Assembly (NCBI RefSeq): GCF_001194135.2 | Contig: NC_068986.1 | Span: 52,140,833-52,204,832, forward strand | From: Octopus bimaculoides | Taxonomy: Eukaryota | Direction: 5' to 3' | Length of the DNA: 64,000 bases | Part shown: positions 1 to 13,124 of the stretch, piece after piece | Layout of the letters: every line of letters starts with the position of its first letter | Position numbering within the stretch: the first letter of the stretch is position 1 | The notes under the pieces: generated by a model | Database searches by the model: none | What the model was told of the DNA's origin: nothing | The model's input: only the letters and a program-made list of their open reading frames with translations | Translations under genes and position numbers: made by a program

Positions 1-293
1 ACCGAGCGCAGCTCTGTGCGCCTTGGGTATGTGCTGTGGATTGCTGTGGTGCTCTTATGTGTACTGTATTGAAAGTGTTTTGCGTAGAATGTGTGCAGTA
101 CCCAGTAGTGCAATTTTCTGTATGTTATATATATTTGTAAGTCCTGGTGTTTTTGTTATGTATTTGTCTGAATATTTTTTTATTATACCTAAGGCACCTA
201 CTATGATAGGAATTGTTTCTGTTTTTAGATTCCACATTCGAGTTATCTCTATTTCCAGGTCTTTGTATTTTGAAAGTTTTTCCATTTCTTTTA
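1..293 (-). mobile_element. R4/Dong-like RLE non-LTR retrotransposon, family A, 3' fragment (runs into gap 294-1009)
   Basis: ORF 55-285 encodes KLSKYKDLEIEITRMWNLKTETIPIIVGALG...LLGTAHILRKTLS, the C-terminal restriction-like endonuclease region. Nearly identical to 2194-2572 and 24393-25056. Confidence 0.85.
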
Positions 294-1009
294 NNNNNNN
301 NNNNNNNNNNNNNNNNNNNNNNNNNNNNNNNNNNNNNNNNNNNNNNNNNNNNNNNNNNNNNNNNNNNNNNNNNNNNNNNNNNNNNNNNNNNNNNNNNNNN
401 NNNNNNNNNNNNNNNNNNNNNNNNNNNNNNNNNNNNNNNNNNNNNNNNNNNNNNNNNNNNNNNNNNNNNNNNNNNNNNNNNNNNNNNNNNNNNNNNNNNN
501 NNNNNNNNNNNNNNNNNNNNNNNNNNNNNNNNNNNNNNNNNNNNNNNNNNNNNNNNNNNNNNNNNNNNNNNNNNNNNNNNNNNNNNNNNNNNNNNNNNNN
601 NNNNNNNNNNNNNNNNNNNNNNNNNNNNNNNNNNNNNNNNNNNNNNNNNNNNNNNNNNNNNNNNNNNNNNNNNNNNNNNNNNNNNNNNNNNNNNNNNNNN
701 NNNNNNNNNNNNNNNNNNNNNNNNNNNNNNNNNNNNNNNNNNNNNNNNNNNNNNNNNNNNNNNNNNNNNNNNNNNNNNNNNNNNNNNNNNNNNNNNNNNN
801 NNNNNNNNNNNNNNNNNNNNNNNNNNNNNNNNNNNNNNNNNNNNNNNNNNNNNNNNNNNNNNNNNNNNNNNNNNNNNNNNNNNNNNNNNNNNNNNNNNNN
901 NNNNNNNNNNNNNNNNNNNNNNNNNNNNNNNNNNNNNNNNNNNNNNNNNNNNNNNNNNNNNNNNNNNNNNNNNNNNNNNNNNNNNNNNNNNNNNNNNNNN
1001 NNNNNNNNN

Positions 1010-1170
1010 TCTTCTTCTTCTTCTTCTTCTTCTTCTTCTTCTTCTTCTTCTTCTTCTTCTTCTTCTTCGTATTTGTTAGGTAGATTGATTTCTTGTTTGT
1101 ATTTGTCAGCTTCCTTAAATACTGAAAACAGTTTTTTGTTTTGCTCGTGTTTTGTGGCTATTTGTATTAG

Positions 1171-1236
<66 letters not shown>

Positions 1237-1252
1237 ATTATTATTATTATTA
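1010..1252. repeat. (TTC)n and (TTA)n microsatellites separated by ~95 bp of unique sequence
   Basis: Direct reading: (TTC)n ~1010-1068, (TTA)n ~1163-1252. Confidence 0.95.
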
Positions 1253-1920
1253 GTTTTCCATTCAGTTTTGTTTCTATTTCTTGCTGAGTGTCTTCCCGAC
1301 TCCTAGTGCAAAGAAACTCACTGAATGCATTGACAGACCAAACTCACAAGATTGTTCATTTACAAAATCATGTCATGTGGAAAAACCAAAAGAAAGTAAT
1401 AAGTGGGAACAGAAGGAAGAAACAAACAAAGGAAAAAATTTACATTGACTTTTAATCGTTCTCACACCGACAATATTCTTCTTAATACTTGTGCCGTACT
1501 AATTAATACAATCTTCTGCACTTTCCGCATGGATCTTTCTCAAATAATTTTCAGTTCCCTTTGTGATCACTCCAAGTGCTCTTGTAATCACTTCTAGTAA
1601 CCGCATTCTGAAGCCACATTCTTTTGATTTCAATGAGCAAACTTTGTTTTCTGATCTTGTCAAATTCCTTTGTGAAATATTATGATCACAAGGAATGCTA
1701 ATGTCGATCAATAAAGAGACGTTAATGTTTTGGTCTTTCGCAAACATATTCGGTTTATTAGCTTTAAGTTTCTGTCTGTATGTGCTGGAAAGTCCCAAAG
1801 AATCGTTACATTTTCTCCCTCAGTTACAGTCTCAGGGTGATGCTTATACCATTTGCAAACAGTTTTAACATATTAACCAATATATATATTGGAAATATCT
1901 GGGGTTTGAGAATTTTACCT
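1253..1920 (-). mobile_element. R4/Dong-like LINE, second diverged family, decayed RLE domain plus 3' UTR ending in (TAA)n
   Basis: Minus-strand frames, with frameshifts, give WYKHHPETVTEGENVTILWDFPAHTDR, KANKPNMFAKDQ..LLIDISIPCDHNIS, ALGVITKGTENYL and STAQVLRRILSV*. Stop at 1462-1464. Confidence 0.75.
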
Positions 1921-1924
1921 CGGG

Positions 1925-2193
1925 CAACATGTGTGTTTCGTTCATTATCCTTAAACAACCCTTATTCAGGGACCCCTTGAGCGGGATGAACTACTCAGCA
2001 TGAAAAAAATTGTAACTGGGCCCAACCTGCAAGGTCATGCGCTATTTGTCTTGATATAAAGTCACCATGTCGCGCACATAAAGATGTGATGCATGTGGTT
2101 GGTGTAACCTTATGAGACGGGAAGTCATGATGCGTATATTTGGCTTTGTTAATCACTTTGATCACTTTGTCACTTTGATGGCATGCATTGCAT
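1925..2193 (-). mobile_element. Dispersed repeat family D, partial copy (unclassified SINE-like element or LINE 3' UTR)
   Basis: Reverse complement overlaps 4570-4690 (gcatgacc..gcag..gggcccagt..cccgct..cctgaataaggg). Confidence 0.6.
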
Positions 2194-2572
2194 ATGCTTT
2201 CTAATTGATGTATCAATACCAGCAGATGACAACGTTTCTCTAAAAGAAATGGAAAAACTTTCAAAATACAAAGACCTGGAAATAGAGATAACTCGAATGT
2301 GGAATCTAAAAACAGAAACAATTCTTATCATAGTAGGTGCCTTAGGTATAATAAAAAATATTCAGACAAATACATAACAAAAACACCAGGACTTACAAAT
2401 ATATATAACATACAGAAAATTGCACTACTGGGTACTGCACACATTCTACGCAAAACACTTTCAATACAGTACACATAAGAACACCACAGCAAACCACAGC
2501 ACATACCCAAGGCGCACAGAGCTGCGCTCGGTAGTGAAGTGAAAGCACGTTATAAAAATAAAACTACTGAAC
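2194..2572 (+). mobile_element. R4/Dong-like LINE family A, 5'-truncated copy with complete 3' end
   Basis: CFLIDVSIPADDNVSLKEMEKLSKYKDLEIE...; 1-nt frameshift near 2355; 3' end ...aaaactactgaac followed directly by (AAT)n. Confidence 0.9.
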
Positions 2573-2697
<125 letters not shown>

Positions 2698-2769
2698 ACA
2701 CATTAACTGTCAGAATATCCGCTTTCCTTGAACGGAGTTCTATCCTTCCACAAACTCAAAAAGGCTGTA

Positions 2770-4562
2770 AAATGTATTCTTATGCGTGCAAAGATCAATT
2801 ACTCATAAGTAAAATGATTGTAGAGAAATGCCGGAGCCATATGAAGAAACTGAGTATAGCATGGATAGACTACTGGAAAGTGTTTGACAGTGTCCTACAT
2901 AATTTGGCTACTCAAGGCTCTTGAAATATATAAAATCCCTTCTGTTACCTCCAAATTCTTACAAGGTAGCATGGACAAGTGGAACACGTGTCTACTTCTA
3001 AACCATAGCAATAGGATGAGCCAAACTAACAACATCATCATCAAACGAGGCATCTTTCAAGGTAACTCTCTCTCCCCATTACTTGTTTGGTTTGCGTGAC
3101 ACTGATCCCACTGTCAAACGAACTAAATAACACTTGGTATGGGATCAAAGTTTACAATACGACAATAAACCATCTCCTTTATATGGACGATCTGAAGTTG
3201 TTTGTTAGAAATGACGAAGAGCTAGCAGGGTTGCTGACAACGGTTAAAGAGTTCAGTAATGACATCAAGACGAATTTTGGCATTTATAAGTGTGCTAAAG
3301 TAACTTTTGAAAGAGGCAAGCTGAGGCAAACAGCTTCCATTAAATTAGATACCGACACTACCATCAAGGAGCTTGACCCACGAGAAAATTTCAAATACCT
3401 GGGGATAAACGAAGGAGATGGTATACAACATGCTACTATGAAGGCCCGAAAATTTGGGGGCGGGGGCCAGTCAATTAGATTGAACCCAGTACGCAACTAG
3501 TACTTAATTTATCGAGCCCGAAAGGCAAAGTCGACTTCGGCGGAATTTGAACTCAACGTAAAGACAAGCGAAATACTGCTAAGCATTTCGCCTGGCGTGC
3601 TAACGTTTCTGCCAGCTCACTACCTTTAAGAAAGGAATATTACAGGAGAATAAGACTCATACTAAAAACTGACCTTAACTCTAAACATTGCGTCGAAGCC
3701 ATTAACACCCCGGCACTTCCATCATTAACTGGAATCTTACAGAGCTCCAACGCCTGGACAGGAAGACAAGTAGGCTACTAACTACAAAGAACATGCACCA
3801 CCCAAAAGCAGACGTTGATCGTCTGTACCTACCTAGAAGTAATGGAGGATGATGAATGATGCGAGTAGAACTGTGCTATGAGACCTCCACAATAGCAATG
3901 AACAGGTACTTATCTAGTAGAGATGACTGGACGCTGCGATTTGTGTGCAAACACGAAAGCAACAAAAATTGTACTCGATTGTCAAAGGAACTTGCAAATT
4001 TGCAAAGTGGCTGAGAAGTTCAGTATTGAAAGCATAGGCTGAAGGTTTTATATTGGCGGCACAAAATCAAGGCTTGCTCACAAAAAACTACCAGGCTAAC
4101 GTTCTTCAAAACGGTTCTGACCCTAAATGTATATTCTGTGACATATTTGACGAAACAATAGACCATCTCGTCTCAGGATGTCTTGTGCCGACACCAAACG
4201 AAGACAAAAATCGACACGATAGGGTAGGACAGTATCTACATTGAAAAATATATAAACACTACAAAATTAGCACTCCTGTTTACTGGTATGAACAACAACC
4301 CGAGCCAGTCGTTGAAGGCAAAAATGTCACTATCCTCTAGAATTTTTCAGCCAACACTGACAGAGCGATCGTGGCTAATCTACCAGAGAGGGAAGAAAAT
4401 ACTTGTAGACTCTTAGATGTAAATGTTCCCACTGATAAAAGTATATCTGTAAAGGAATTGACAAGCTAAGTAAATATAAGGACCTGGAAATTGAAATACA
4501 AAAAATGTGGCATCTTCAAGCGAGAACTGTTCCTGTTGTTGTAGGCTCCCTAGGTATGATAA
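2770..4562 (+). mobile_element. Decayed R4/Dong-like LINE ORF: RT, CCHC knuckle and RLE; interrupted by a SINE
   Basis: RT motifs IKRGIFQGNSLSPLL, HLLYMDDLKLF, FGIYKCAKV, FKYLGI; then LRKEYYRRIRLILKT; CCHC KCIFCDIFDETIDHLVSGC; RLE DKLSKYKDLEIEIQKMWHL..VPVVVGSLG. Many stops and frameshifts. Confidence 0.9.
3444..3625 (-). mobile_element. tRNA-derived SINE family B inserted in the LINE RT region
   Basis: Matches the family B monomer (gagctggcagaaacgttagcacgcc..gagttcaaattccgccgaagtcgactttgcc). It splits the LINE peptide HATMK / LRKEYYRR. Confidence 0.85.
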
Positions 4563-4569
4563 AACAAAA

Positions 4570-4990
4570 CGGATGAAACAGCGCATGACCATGCAGATAG
4601 GGCCCAGTACAAATTTCTTTCAGATCGAACAGCCTGTCCCGCTAAAAAAAACCCTGAATAAGGGTTTTTTAAGGATCTTCAACAAAACACCCATATTTCC
4701 AGAGGTGAATTATTCGAACTCCAAAGGATTTCTCTCAGCACATGGCTATGATGCTCCCCCACTACTTCTGCTCGAGATCAGAGATGCACATATCATCGGC
4801 CACGAAGGGAATGTTCATCTGCTTAAGATAAAAAAAAGCTGACGAGCAACTTTTTGTTATTGAGCAATCTATTAACAATGGCCCATCTTTTATACCAAAA
4901 CAAAACATATACATGATAATACTTCCAATCAGTTAAGATAAAAAGCCATGAGGGCCACTGCTTGGTACTGCATCATGGCTTCTATTATCA
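4570..4990 (+). mobile_element. Dispersed repeat family D with (ATT)n-like tail
   Basis: Homologous to 1925-2193; ends ..ggtactgcatcatggc followed by tattatcattattatt. Confidence 0.6.
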
Positions 4991-6369
4991 TTATTATTAT
5001 TGTAGTTGTTCTTGTGATTGTCATTATTTGTTTGTTCGTTATTGGCTACAAGTTCGTAATCACCTATATCAACAAGCATCAATGTTCATTCATTTCTCTA
5101 GAAACAACTTCACAATTTCTCAGCTAATCTTCACGAACATTTACATACTTACCAAAAATTAAATCAGACTATTGCATGACGGAACAAAATCAGGTTTTAT
5201 TGATTCTTCCAGCGCAATATCCATACATTACACACACAGACACGCGCGTGCGCACAAAATGATGCATTAGTTTGAATTCGACAATTTGCTGCCATGAAAT
5301 CAATACCAGTTAACAGAGGTCATATTATATAGGCAATATTTCTATTTGTGTGTGTTTTACGAATGCTTCATTACAAATAAGATTGTTTTCTTGCTTTAGA
5401 ATTTGAAATCTAAAATTTTGCCAGAAATTAACAAAAATAAAACATATTTGTCGCTAAGAAATGCTATACAAAAAAGGATCTGAAGGTTTGAGTTTAGTGC
5501 CTCATATCTTTGTGAGTAATTTGCATTCCAATTTGAAAATTCACAAATATAGTTTAGTGCCTATAAGAATTAACTCAGCTTCCACTTAACCTCCCTAATA
5601 TTTTAACGATGTTGTTCAGAGAAGATTTTACAGTATAGATTACCGTTATTTATGTTGTTTACTATTCAAATTAGTGTTTTATCAGAAAGAAAAATGACTT
5701 CCATAACTTACTCATGCTTCTCTTTAGGATCCACCACATTTGTTTTATAATTCTTTAAAAAGATAATTTACGAATTCGGTAACTGGGCAACGCCTGCTGC
5801 CATACAAAAAGGTTACAAAACGTGGGACATTTTTTGCCCTTGTTTCTTTCCTCATTTGGTCTAAAATTTCCCACCTTCAATGAGGCTCTACTATTTTTCC
5901 ATTGCCATTGCTAGTGTTGTTCTTTTTGTTATTGTTCGGGTGCTGATGGTGGCGGCAGCACTGAATATGAAGCATTTCTCTTTGCATCCGTTCTAGCGAC
6001 CTTCTTGCCTTCGCCAGTATGACCGTGGTTCTTTGGGGGGAACTAGCGGAAGCAGTAGCAACTGCAATCATTGTTTTCATCCCTTGAACTTGCTTACTGT
6101 TGTTCTTCTTGTTGCTGGCTCTGGTTTTATCATTTTATCCTTTTTTCATTCTTCTTCTTCTATCTATGATGAAGGTCCTCAAATAAATTTTACTATCAGG
6201 CGTGTTAGAACAGGTTTTCAGTCCTGTACCACTTGTCTCACTGTCCTCCTCTCCATTTCTATTATAAATTCGAAATAGTCTTCTGGTCCTCTGTGATGAT
6301 GAATACCTGATATTCTTGTAATTTGTATATTACTGCAGGTCACACTCAGCACTCACTAACCGCTCATTC

Positions 6370-6810
6370 AGTCTTGGGTGCATGGTTAAAAACCTGGCCA
6401 TACAATCAAATGATTGCAGATTCACTCCTGCTGTGCAGCACCTTAGGCGAGTCTCTTCTACATTAATTCTGGGCCGACCAATGACTTGTAAGTGAATTTG
6501 ATAGACAAAAACTGTCTGAAAGCCTGTCATACCTATATATATGTGTGTGTGTGCGTATTTAGCATGTGGGTATTTGTATATCTGTGTGTGTGTATGTGTG
6601 TGTGTTGTTTATATCTATGTGTGTATGTATATGTGTGTTTGTGCTTGTATTTGTCACCCACATCTTTACAACTGGTATTATTTTGTCCCCGAAACTTAGC
6701 GATTTCGCAAAGAGGACCGGTAGAATTTAGAAAATATACTGGGGTACAATTTTTTAGACTAAACCCTTCTAGGTGGTGCCCAGTATAGCTGCGGTCATAT
6801 AAACAATTTG
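6370..6810 (+). mobile_element. SINE family A (tRNA head, CORE-like domain, internal TA/TG microsatellite), decayed
   Basis: gcagcaccttaggcgagtctcttcta..gggccgacc, then a (TG)-rich middle, then gtccccgaaacttagcg..gtggtgcccagtatagctgcggtc. Aligns to the copy at 31509. Confidence 0.75.
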
Positions 6811-7147
6811 TAATTTACTTTTTTAAAAAAACCCTCCTTGTTTGAGCAAATTCCTTCTTAGATGGGAATAAAAACAATGACAAGTAGAGGTGTATAGGCT
6901 ATCACCTTAAATGATACCATAATATATTTTGAATTATCCATGTGGGTGCCCTCCAGCTTTTTAGTTCCGTTTCTCAATTTTCCGTGCTCACTCGTATGAG
7001 TTCAGTGATGTTATGTGCAAATTTAGTAGCTTGAATGTCGTTTTTGGAGTCAAACACTACTCTACGTTCTTGTTGTTGTGGTCGTTGTTGTTATTATTTT
7101 TATTACTATTATTGTTGTTGTTGTAGTCATCATTATTNNNNNNNNNN

Positions 7148-7196
<49 letters not shown>

Positions 7197-9069
7197 CAAA
7201 TGATTGAACGATTGATTTATTAAGCGATTGATTGATAGATAGATTGATTGATTGGTTCAAGTTTCCGTTTGAAAGTATACATTATGAATGTTATGAAATG
7301 AATCTATTTTCCCATGTGCGATCTGTACATCTGAAGTGAAGCACAACTAATTCTGTAAGGGCGTTGACATTGCTGTCAATAAGAAACAAAATTTAAACCA
7401 TATCAGAAATAAAAGAAGCAGAATTAAAAGGGAGATTTGAAATCAGTGCTATTAGAAGTAGATTTGAGATCAGCGCTATTGACTTGTGATATTATGAGGT
7501 AATTATCAGAATATTCGAACACAAAAATGAAGGAAGCGAAATTCCTAAATGTTTTTTTTAAAACAAGCCTGATGGATTATGTTCCAGCAAAAATATAATC
7601 TGAATTTCAGCATATAGCATCACCACTATAGCGAACTTAATATTTCCAGTGATATTTCTAACAAAATCTTTGTTGGTAGTAGCTACATGGGTAGTTAAGA
7701 GAAAATTATGTGCTTATCTTTGCCTTTGGCCTGCAACCCCTTGAAAGGGTTTTAGGAATGCACTTGTGAATCCTGTGTTTTACCAGTCAGTAAATTTACT
7801 CCCTCGCTTTTATGGTATTTCCCTTAATTTATCGGTAGGTTTCCACTTCAGAAATACTAAATTTCAATTTTGATGTAATTTCTAAACATTCTCCAGAGCC
7901 TCCATTTCCCTTTCGGTTTTGCTGTCTAGATTTAGGAGAGATAGTGTTTAACTCTCCTCTGCATTTAGACCTCATGTATTCCATCATTTTCCTGGACTGA
8001 TCACAGCTGAATTCTTTTTGAAAAAGAGTAAGCGATAAATTTAAAATAAGAGAAAGAAAGGATCGACTCCGGTACAGGACTGTTACTATATTTCTCAAAT
8101 ACATCAAATACAAAACTATGAAAGGCAATGTAGACTTCTGCTTTATTCGACAACGGAGCCTTAAATAGCCGGAAAGATTACAATTACCGCAAATCAATCT
8201 TCTCGACGCTCTAACTACTCTGCCAGTCAGCTAAGATAAAATCATATGCTCACAACAATAGGTAAAATTATTGACAGCATTCTGTCAATGATATGAAAAA
8301 TATGAAGAATATCAAGATCTATATTATGTGAGTGATATATGCATGACACTAAAGTAACGACAAGACGTTCATATAATTGCGTGGCTAATAATTTCACTTG
8401 GCAAATGATAATCTAGACTTGTTTTCACTGCATAGCGCCTTGAGCAGGGCTTTTCTACTGTACTTTCAAGGTGGTTAAAGCTTTATGAGTACAATATGAT
8501 TGGCAGAAACAGTATATATATATATATATATATATATATTTCAAGGTTTTTAACTTTTAAATTTGTATATTTAAAAGAGATAGAAACTTCAAACTCGATA
8601 TATATATANNNNNNNNNNNNNNNNNNNNNNNNNNNNNNNNNNNNNNNNNNNNNNNNNNNNNNNNNNNNNNNNNNNNNNNNNNNNNNNNNNNNNNNNNNNN
8701 NNNNNNNNNNNNNNNNNNNNNNNNNNNNNNNNNNNNNNNNNNNNNNNNNNNNNNNNNNNNNNNNNNNNNNNNNNNNNNNNNNNNNNNNNNNNNNNNNNNN
8801 NNNNNNNNNNNNNNNNNNNNNNNNNNNNNNNNNNNNNNNNNNNNNNNNNNNNNNNNNNNNNNNNNNNNNNNNNNNNNNNNNNNNNNNNNNNNNNNNNNNN
8901 NNNNNNNNNNNNNNNNNNNNNNNNNNNNNNNNNNNNNNNNNNNNNNNNNNNNNNNNNNNNNNNNNNNNNNNNNNNNNNNNNNNNNNNNNNNNNNNNNNNN
9001 NNNNNNNNNNNNNNNNNNNNNNNNNNNNNNNNNNNNNNNNNNNNNNNNNNNNNNNNNNNNNNNNNNNAT

Positions 9070-11240
9070 ATATAAGACATAAGGAGCAAAATCCTTTAAA
9101 GAGATGTTAAACTTCCAAGTCCACCGATTCAATCCCAGCAAAGAATATATAAAAATATATATTCAGTACTGGTATAATCAATAAATAAAGGATAAAGAAA
9201 TTAAAAAATAGAAGTGTAGACGATCTTTTACTAAAAGTTGGTACAAATCCAATAAAGATTCTACAAGTTGTTTTCAAGCCGAATTAAAATCAAAACAGAG
9301 CGAAAAAAATAAAATCCTTTTGAAATCAAATTAGGCTTTTCTTCAGGAATACATTATTGCAATACATCAGTTCGACCTAGAAAAATATAAAACCGTTAAT
9401 AGCTCATAAAATAACAAACAATTAAATTATGATAGAAGGAAATTACCCAAACGCTAGACCAATCAAATGCAGAAAAACAAAGTACATAAATCCACTTCAG
9501 CCTTGATTAAAATAACAATTCACAATATATAAATATTTGATAACAACATTTGCCATAACCGTCTAAACTACACATAAAGTTAATGAGGCAAATAATCTAT
9601 TTACTACCAAGAATTATTAAGTTAGCTAATTAAAAACCAATATATCATCCACTAAAAAGTAATTAATACCATATTTCGAAGTTAATAATATGATGATTTC
9701 AAACGAAGATAAAAAGAAATTCACTTATTTATAAATGGCTACCTTCCAGTAAAGCAGAGTAGTTTCCCTTCGGTACAAATAAACAAATAAATAAACCAAA
9801 ATGAGTTATAAATAATTGCATGAAAAAATTCCTTCTGTTTCACAATATCAGATAAGCCTAAATTAAACGTCTAAAAATTAAAAATTTAAATTTAAATTTA
9901 AATTTTTTTTAAATTAAACTAAAAACTTAGATTTCATTACGTTACAAAGAGAAGAATAAATTTTCTATAATCTAACGGAGAAATATTTAATAAACACATA
10001 CTATTATAACATAGCACTAAAGAAGGCAATATATAAATATGAAATTAAGAACAATACGAACTACAACACTGCTAAAAAATCATATTAAATATAATTACAT
10101 AAATAATAATGTTAAGACTAGTGACTTAAATGCTTATAAAGAAACAGTATACCTTCATAACCAAATAATAAAAATTCCCAACACTCATCATAAATATAAC
10201 AATCGTGTTTAACAGGTCAATTATAATAATATAAAAATTAAACTTAAGCATGATGAAAATTATAACATAAATAAAATTCATAGTAAGAACAAAAATCATA
10301 AAAATTATTATCACCATTCTAAGCACAGTAATGTAAATAACCCTAAAATGCTCATAGCGTAAACTGGAACTATATAATTAAAAGATAATAATAGGAACAT
10401 TAAGATAGCAAAAAATAAAAACATGAATAGCTAGAATAAGACGAGTAACAATAATGATAAGAATAACCATAATAATAAAATTAATAATGATAATAAAAAC
10501 ATAGTCAAAAAGAAACCAATACAAATCAATGCTCAACCAAGGTAGAGCCTGATAAAACTGTATGGGTAATAATTCCCTTCGCTAAACGTTTAAAGACGAA
10601 CTTTATAAGAACTATTAGAAAGATTATGAATAAAAACTTTAAAAACAGTAGATGCGCAAAAATATTTAATAATAGACATATCAGATTCGGATTTTCAGTT
10701 AATCCCAACCTTTCCAGCATAATATCTTCATTTAATGATAAGAAACTAGATAAATTCTAAGAAAATAAAACACAAACTGAACATAGAACGTGCAAAAATT
10801 AAAACCCAGAACATAACGCTATATAAATACTCTTGATAGCTACAACCCGTATAAATCAACAAAATCTAGAAATGACACCACATTTCCTACACATAAAAAG
10901 TATAATTTTAGAGACCCAAACTTGTAAGTTAGACAAAAATTGTAAAAGAAAAAAGGTAGTATACCAAGCAACAATTATAACAAATGATTCCTCAAAATGT
11001 CATTATATCTGATCAAATCAAGAATGTTGAACCACGAATTTACCTTTAGGGACCAGAGAAAATTAAACAGTATTGGACTCCCCCAAAAAATTTGGCAACA
11101 CAAAAAAAAGAAAAAAAACATTATTGATTTAATAATTTAATGGAAAATCCTATCATTTGCACCTTCTTACAGAATCAACAACAAAATCTGTAGATTATGC
11201 CTTGAAGAAAACTATAAAATAATAAAGTTCTTAAATACCA
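9070..11240 (+). mobile_element. Penelope-like element, decayed: RT N-terminal part, thumb, A-rich linker, GIY-YIG endonuclease
   Basis: YYYNIALKKAIYKY (thumb); KTVWVIIPFAKRLKTNFIRTIRKIMNKNF..KIFNNRHIRFGFSVNPNLSSIISSFNDKKL; CKLDKNCKRKKVVYQATI..HYI* (GIY-YIG); APSYRINNKICRLCLEE (C-terminal Cys motif). Confidence 0.8.
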
Positions 11241-11264
11241 GTAATCAAAAAAAAAAAAAAATGA

Positions 11265-12030
11265 CATCGAAGTTAACAGATTCATGTTCATTTACTATGG
11301 TGATAGATAAGCCGAAACTAAATTTTAAAAAACAGTGAAACTTCTTTCTATATAGATCCAATTTCCTACTAGAAATATTCTTAACGGTGAACAAAGAGTC
11401 ACCTTGGTATAAACACCAAGCAAGCTCCGAAAACTCACTCCCTAACTTAAACAGAATGTAAATACCTACTATAACCGTAATCTGAGCGGAATACGCGGCT
11501 CCCATAGGAATATCAAAACCGTCATAACTAGCCTTTCTAACTCAAAACTTATTCTCAAATTCAATGACGGATCTTCTAGCAGGTAAAATTATATTAGTTT
11601 CATCTAAACTCAAGTCAGAATTCTTCTTAGCAAATATTAGGGCCTTTTATAAAACTACTTGATTAATCGAAGAATAATAACTGTTAATATCTATCCGAAC
11701 AAACCTATACCTACATTTATACTCAATTTTTATAAATCAATCAAAAACCTCAATATATTGTGAATTGTTATTTTAGTCAACGCTGAGGTGGATGTTTGTA
11801 TATATATTTTTTCTGGTTGTGATTGGACTTGCGTTCGGGTAATTTCCTTCTATCATAATTTAATTGGTTGTTCCTTTCTAGGCTATTAAAGGTCTTTATA
11901 TTTTTCTTGCTCGAACCCATTCATTCCAATAATGAATTCCTCAAGAAAAGCCTAATTTCTTTAGTTTTGTTTTGGATTTAATTAGGCTTGAAAACAACTT
12001 GTAGAATCTTTATTGGATTTGTATCAATAT
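11265..12030 (-). mobile_element. Penelope-like element RT core fragment, inverted relative to the neighbouring copy
   Basis: RIDINSYYSSIN..ALIFAK..ARRSVIEFENKF*VRK..FDIPMGAAYSAQITVIVGIYIL..LYQGDSL (decayed YRDD)..FGLSITI..VNFDV. Confidence 0.8.
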
Positions 12031-12937
12031 ACACGTGTCAGAAACAGCAAACAATGAGATAAAAATCACATAGAAATACGTCTCTGTGTCAAGGATGATA
12101 TTAATACCATCGAGTAAAAATCGTTAAATACGGAGTTCAAGCGTGACCGCAGTCCATTTACCGAAACCATTCATAGAATAATTACAGAAAAAAAGAAAAT
12201 GAATAAATGAATGAGGTCAGAAGAATTTTGAAGCTTAAATGGTGTTCTTTAATTTTAATTTTTTTTTCTTTTGAAATGAAAAAAGCTTTTCAAGGACGTT
12301 CAATGCAAAATTACAGACTAAGCTTTCAATAAACACAAAGAACAATTACGTAACATATAATGAAGTATTAACAAAGAATAAAATTTTAATCATTCGCCAG
12401 ATGAGCACATGTATAATTTCTTTTCGGCATGAAAGAGCTAACGATCTGTTACATCGGCTTTATAGTGCGCACAGTATGAAGGAATAAAACAGGCTTCCAA
12501 TATTGATGTACCGGAAATCGATGCATAGAGAAAAAGATGAAAATCTGAAATGCATTTTAGTTTTAGCCATTGTTGTTGCCGCTTAGTCTCAGGTTAGCTC
12601 TGACTGATCGAACCTCCATTTGTGGTCACCCCTCCTTTTTATACATAGTTCATATCACACAACGCCATCGAACGTATTGTCTGTGTTTTATGACAAAAAG
12701 GATACGTAGAGTTTAATTTGGGGGCGGGAGTTGTTATTTGTAGTCGATCGAACGATCGTTTAAGAGTCTCCCGTTACCGAGAAACAGACCTCGAGGTTTT
12801 GCCAATTTGGTCCTTGATATTTTCGTAATTTCCTTTTATAGTACAAGATATCTTAAACTTCAAACTAATATCCAAGAATACACGTTAACTTTTCTCGATA
12901 TCACATAAATTATGTCATTAACTAATGAGATATTGAT

Positions 12938-13124
12938 TTCAAATCTTGGCGCAAGGCCAGCAGTTTCTGGGGAGTGATAAACTGGGACATATTTTATCGA
13001 CCCTGAAAGAATGAAAGGCAAAGTCAACCTTGGTGGAATTTAGAGTCAGAACGTAATCAGGGACGAAATATCGCTAAGCATTTTGCACGGCCTACTGATG
13101 CCTCAGTCAGTCCACCGCCTTTTC
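12938..13124 (-). mobile_element. SINE family B monomer with 18-bp target-site duplication
   Basis: AACTAATGAGATATTGAT occurs at 12920-12937 and 13125-13142. The body matches family B. Confidence 0.85.

Noticed and set aside
5728-5778. 51-nt segment with good-looking splice sites
   Set aside because: All three frames contain stops.
7435-7482. 27-bp tandem duplication translating as FEISAI twice with synonymous differences
   Set aside because: The open frame is only ~30 codons, and two changes landing in the same codon position is likely by chance.
9100-11240. AT-rich tract with hydrophobic minus-strand ORFs (10126-10326, 10526-10720) suggesting a mitochondrial insertion (ND4L/ND6-like)
   Set aside because: The plus strand carries ordered PLE thumb, linker and GIY-YIG motifs. 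The hydrophobic ORFs are antisense readings of A-rich sequence, and no mitochondrial tRNA or rRNA was seen.
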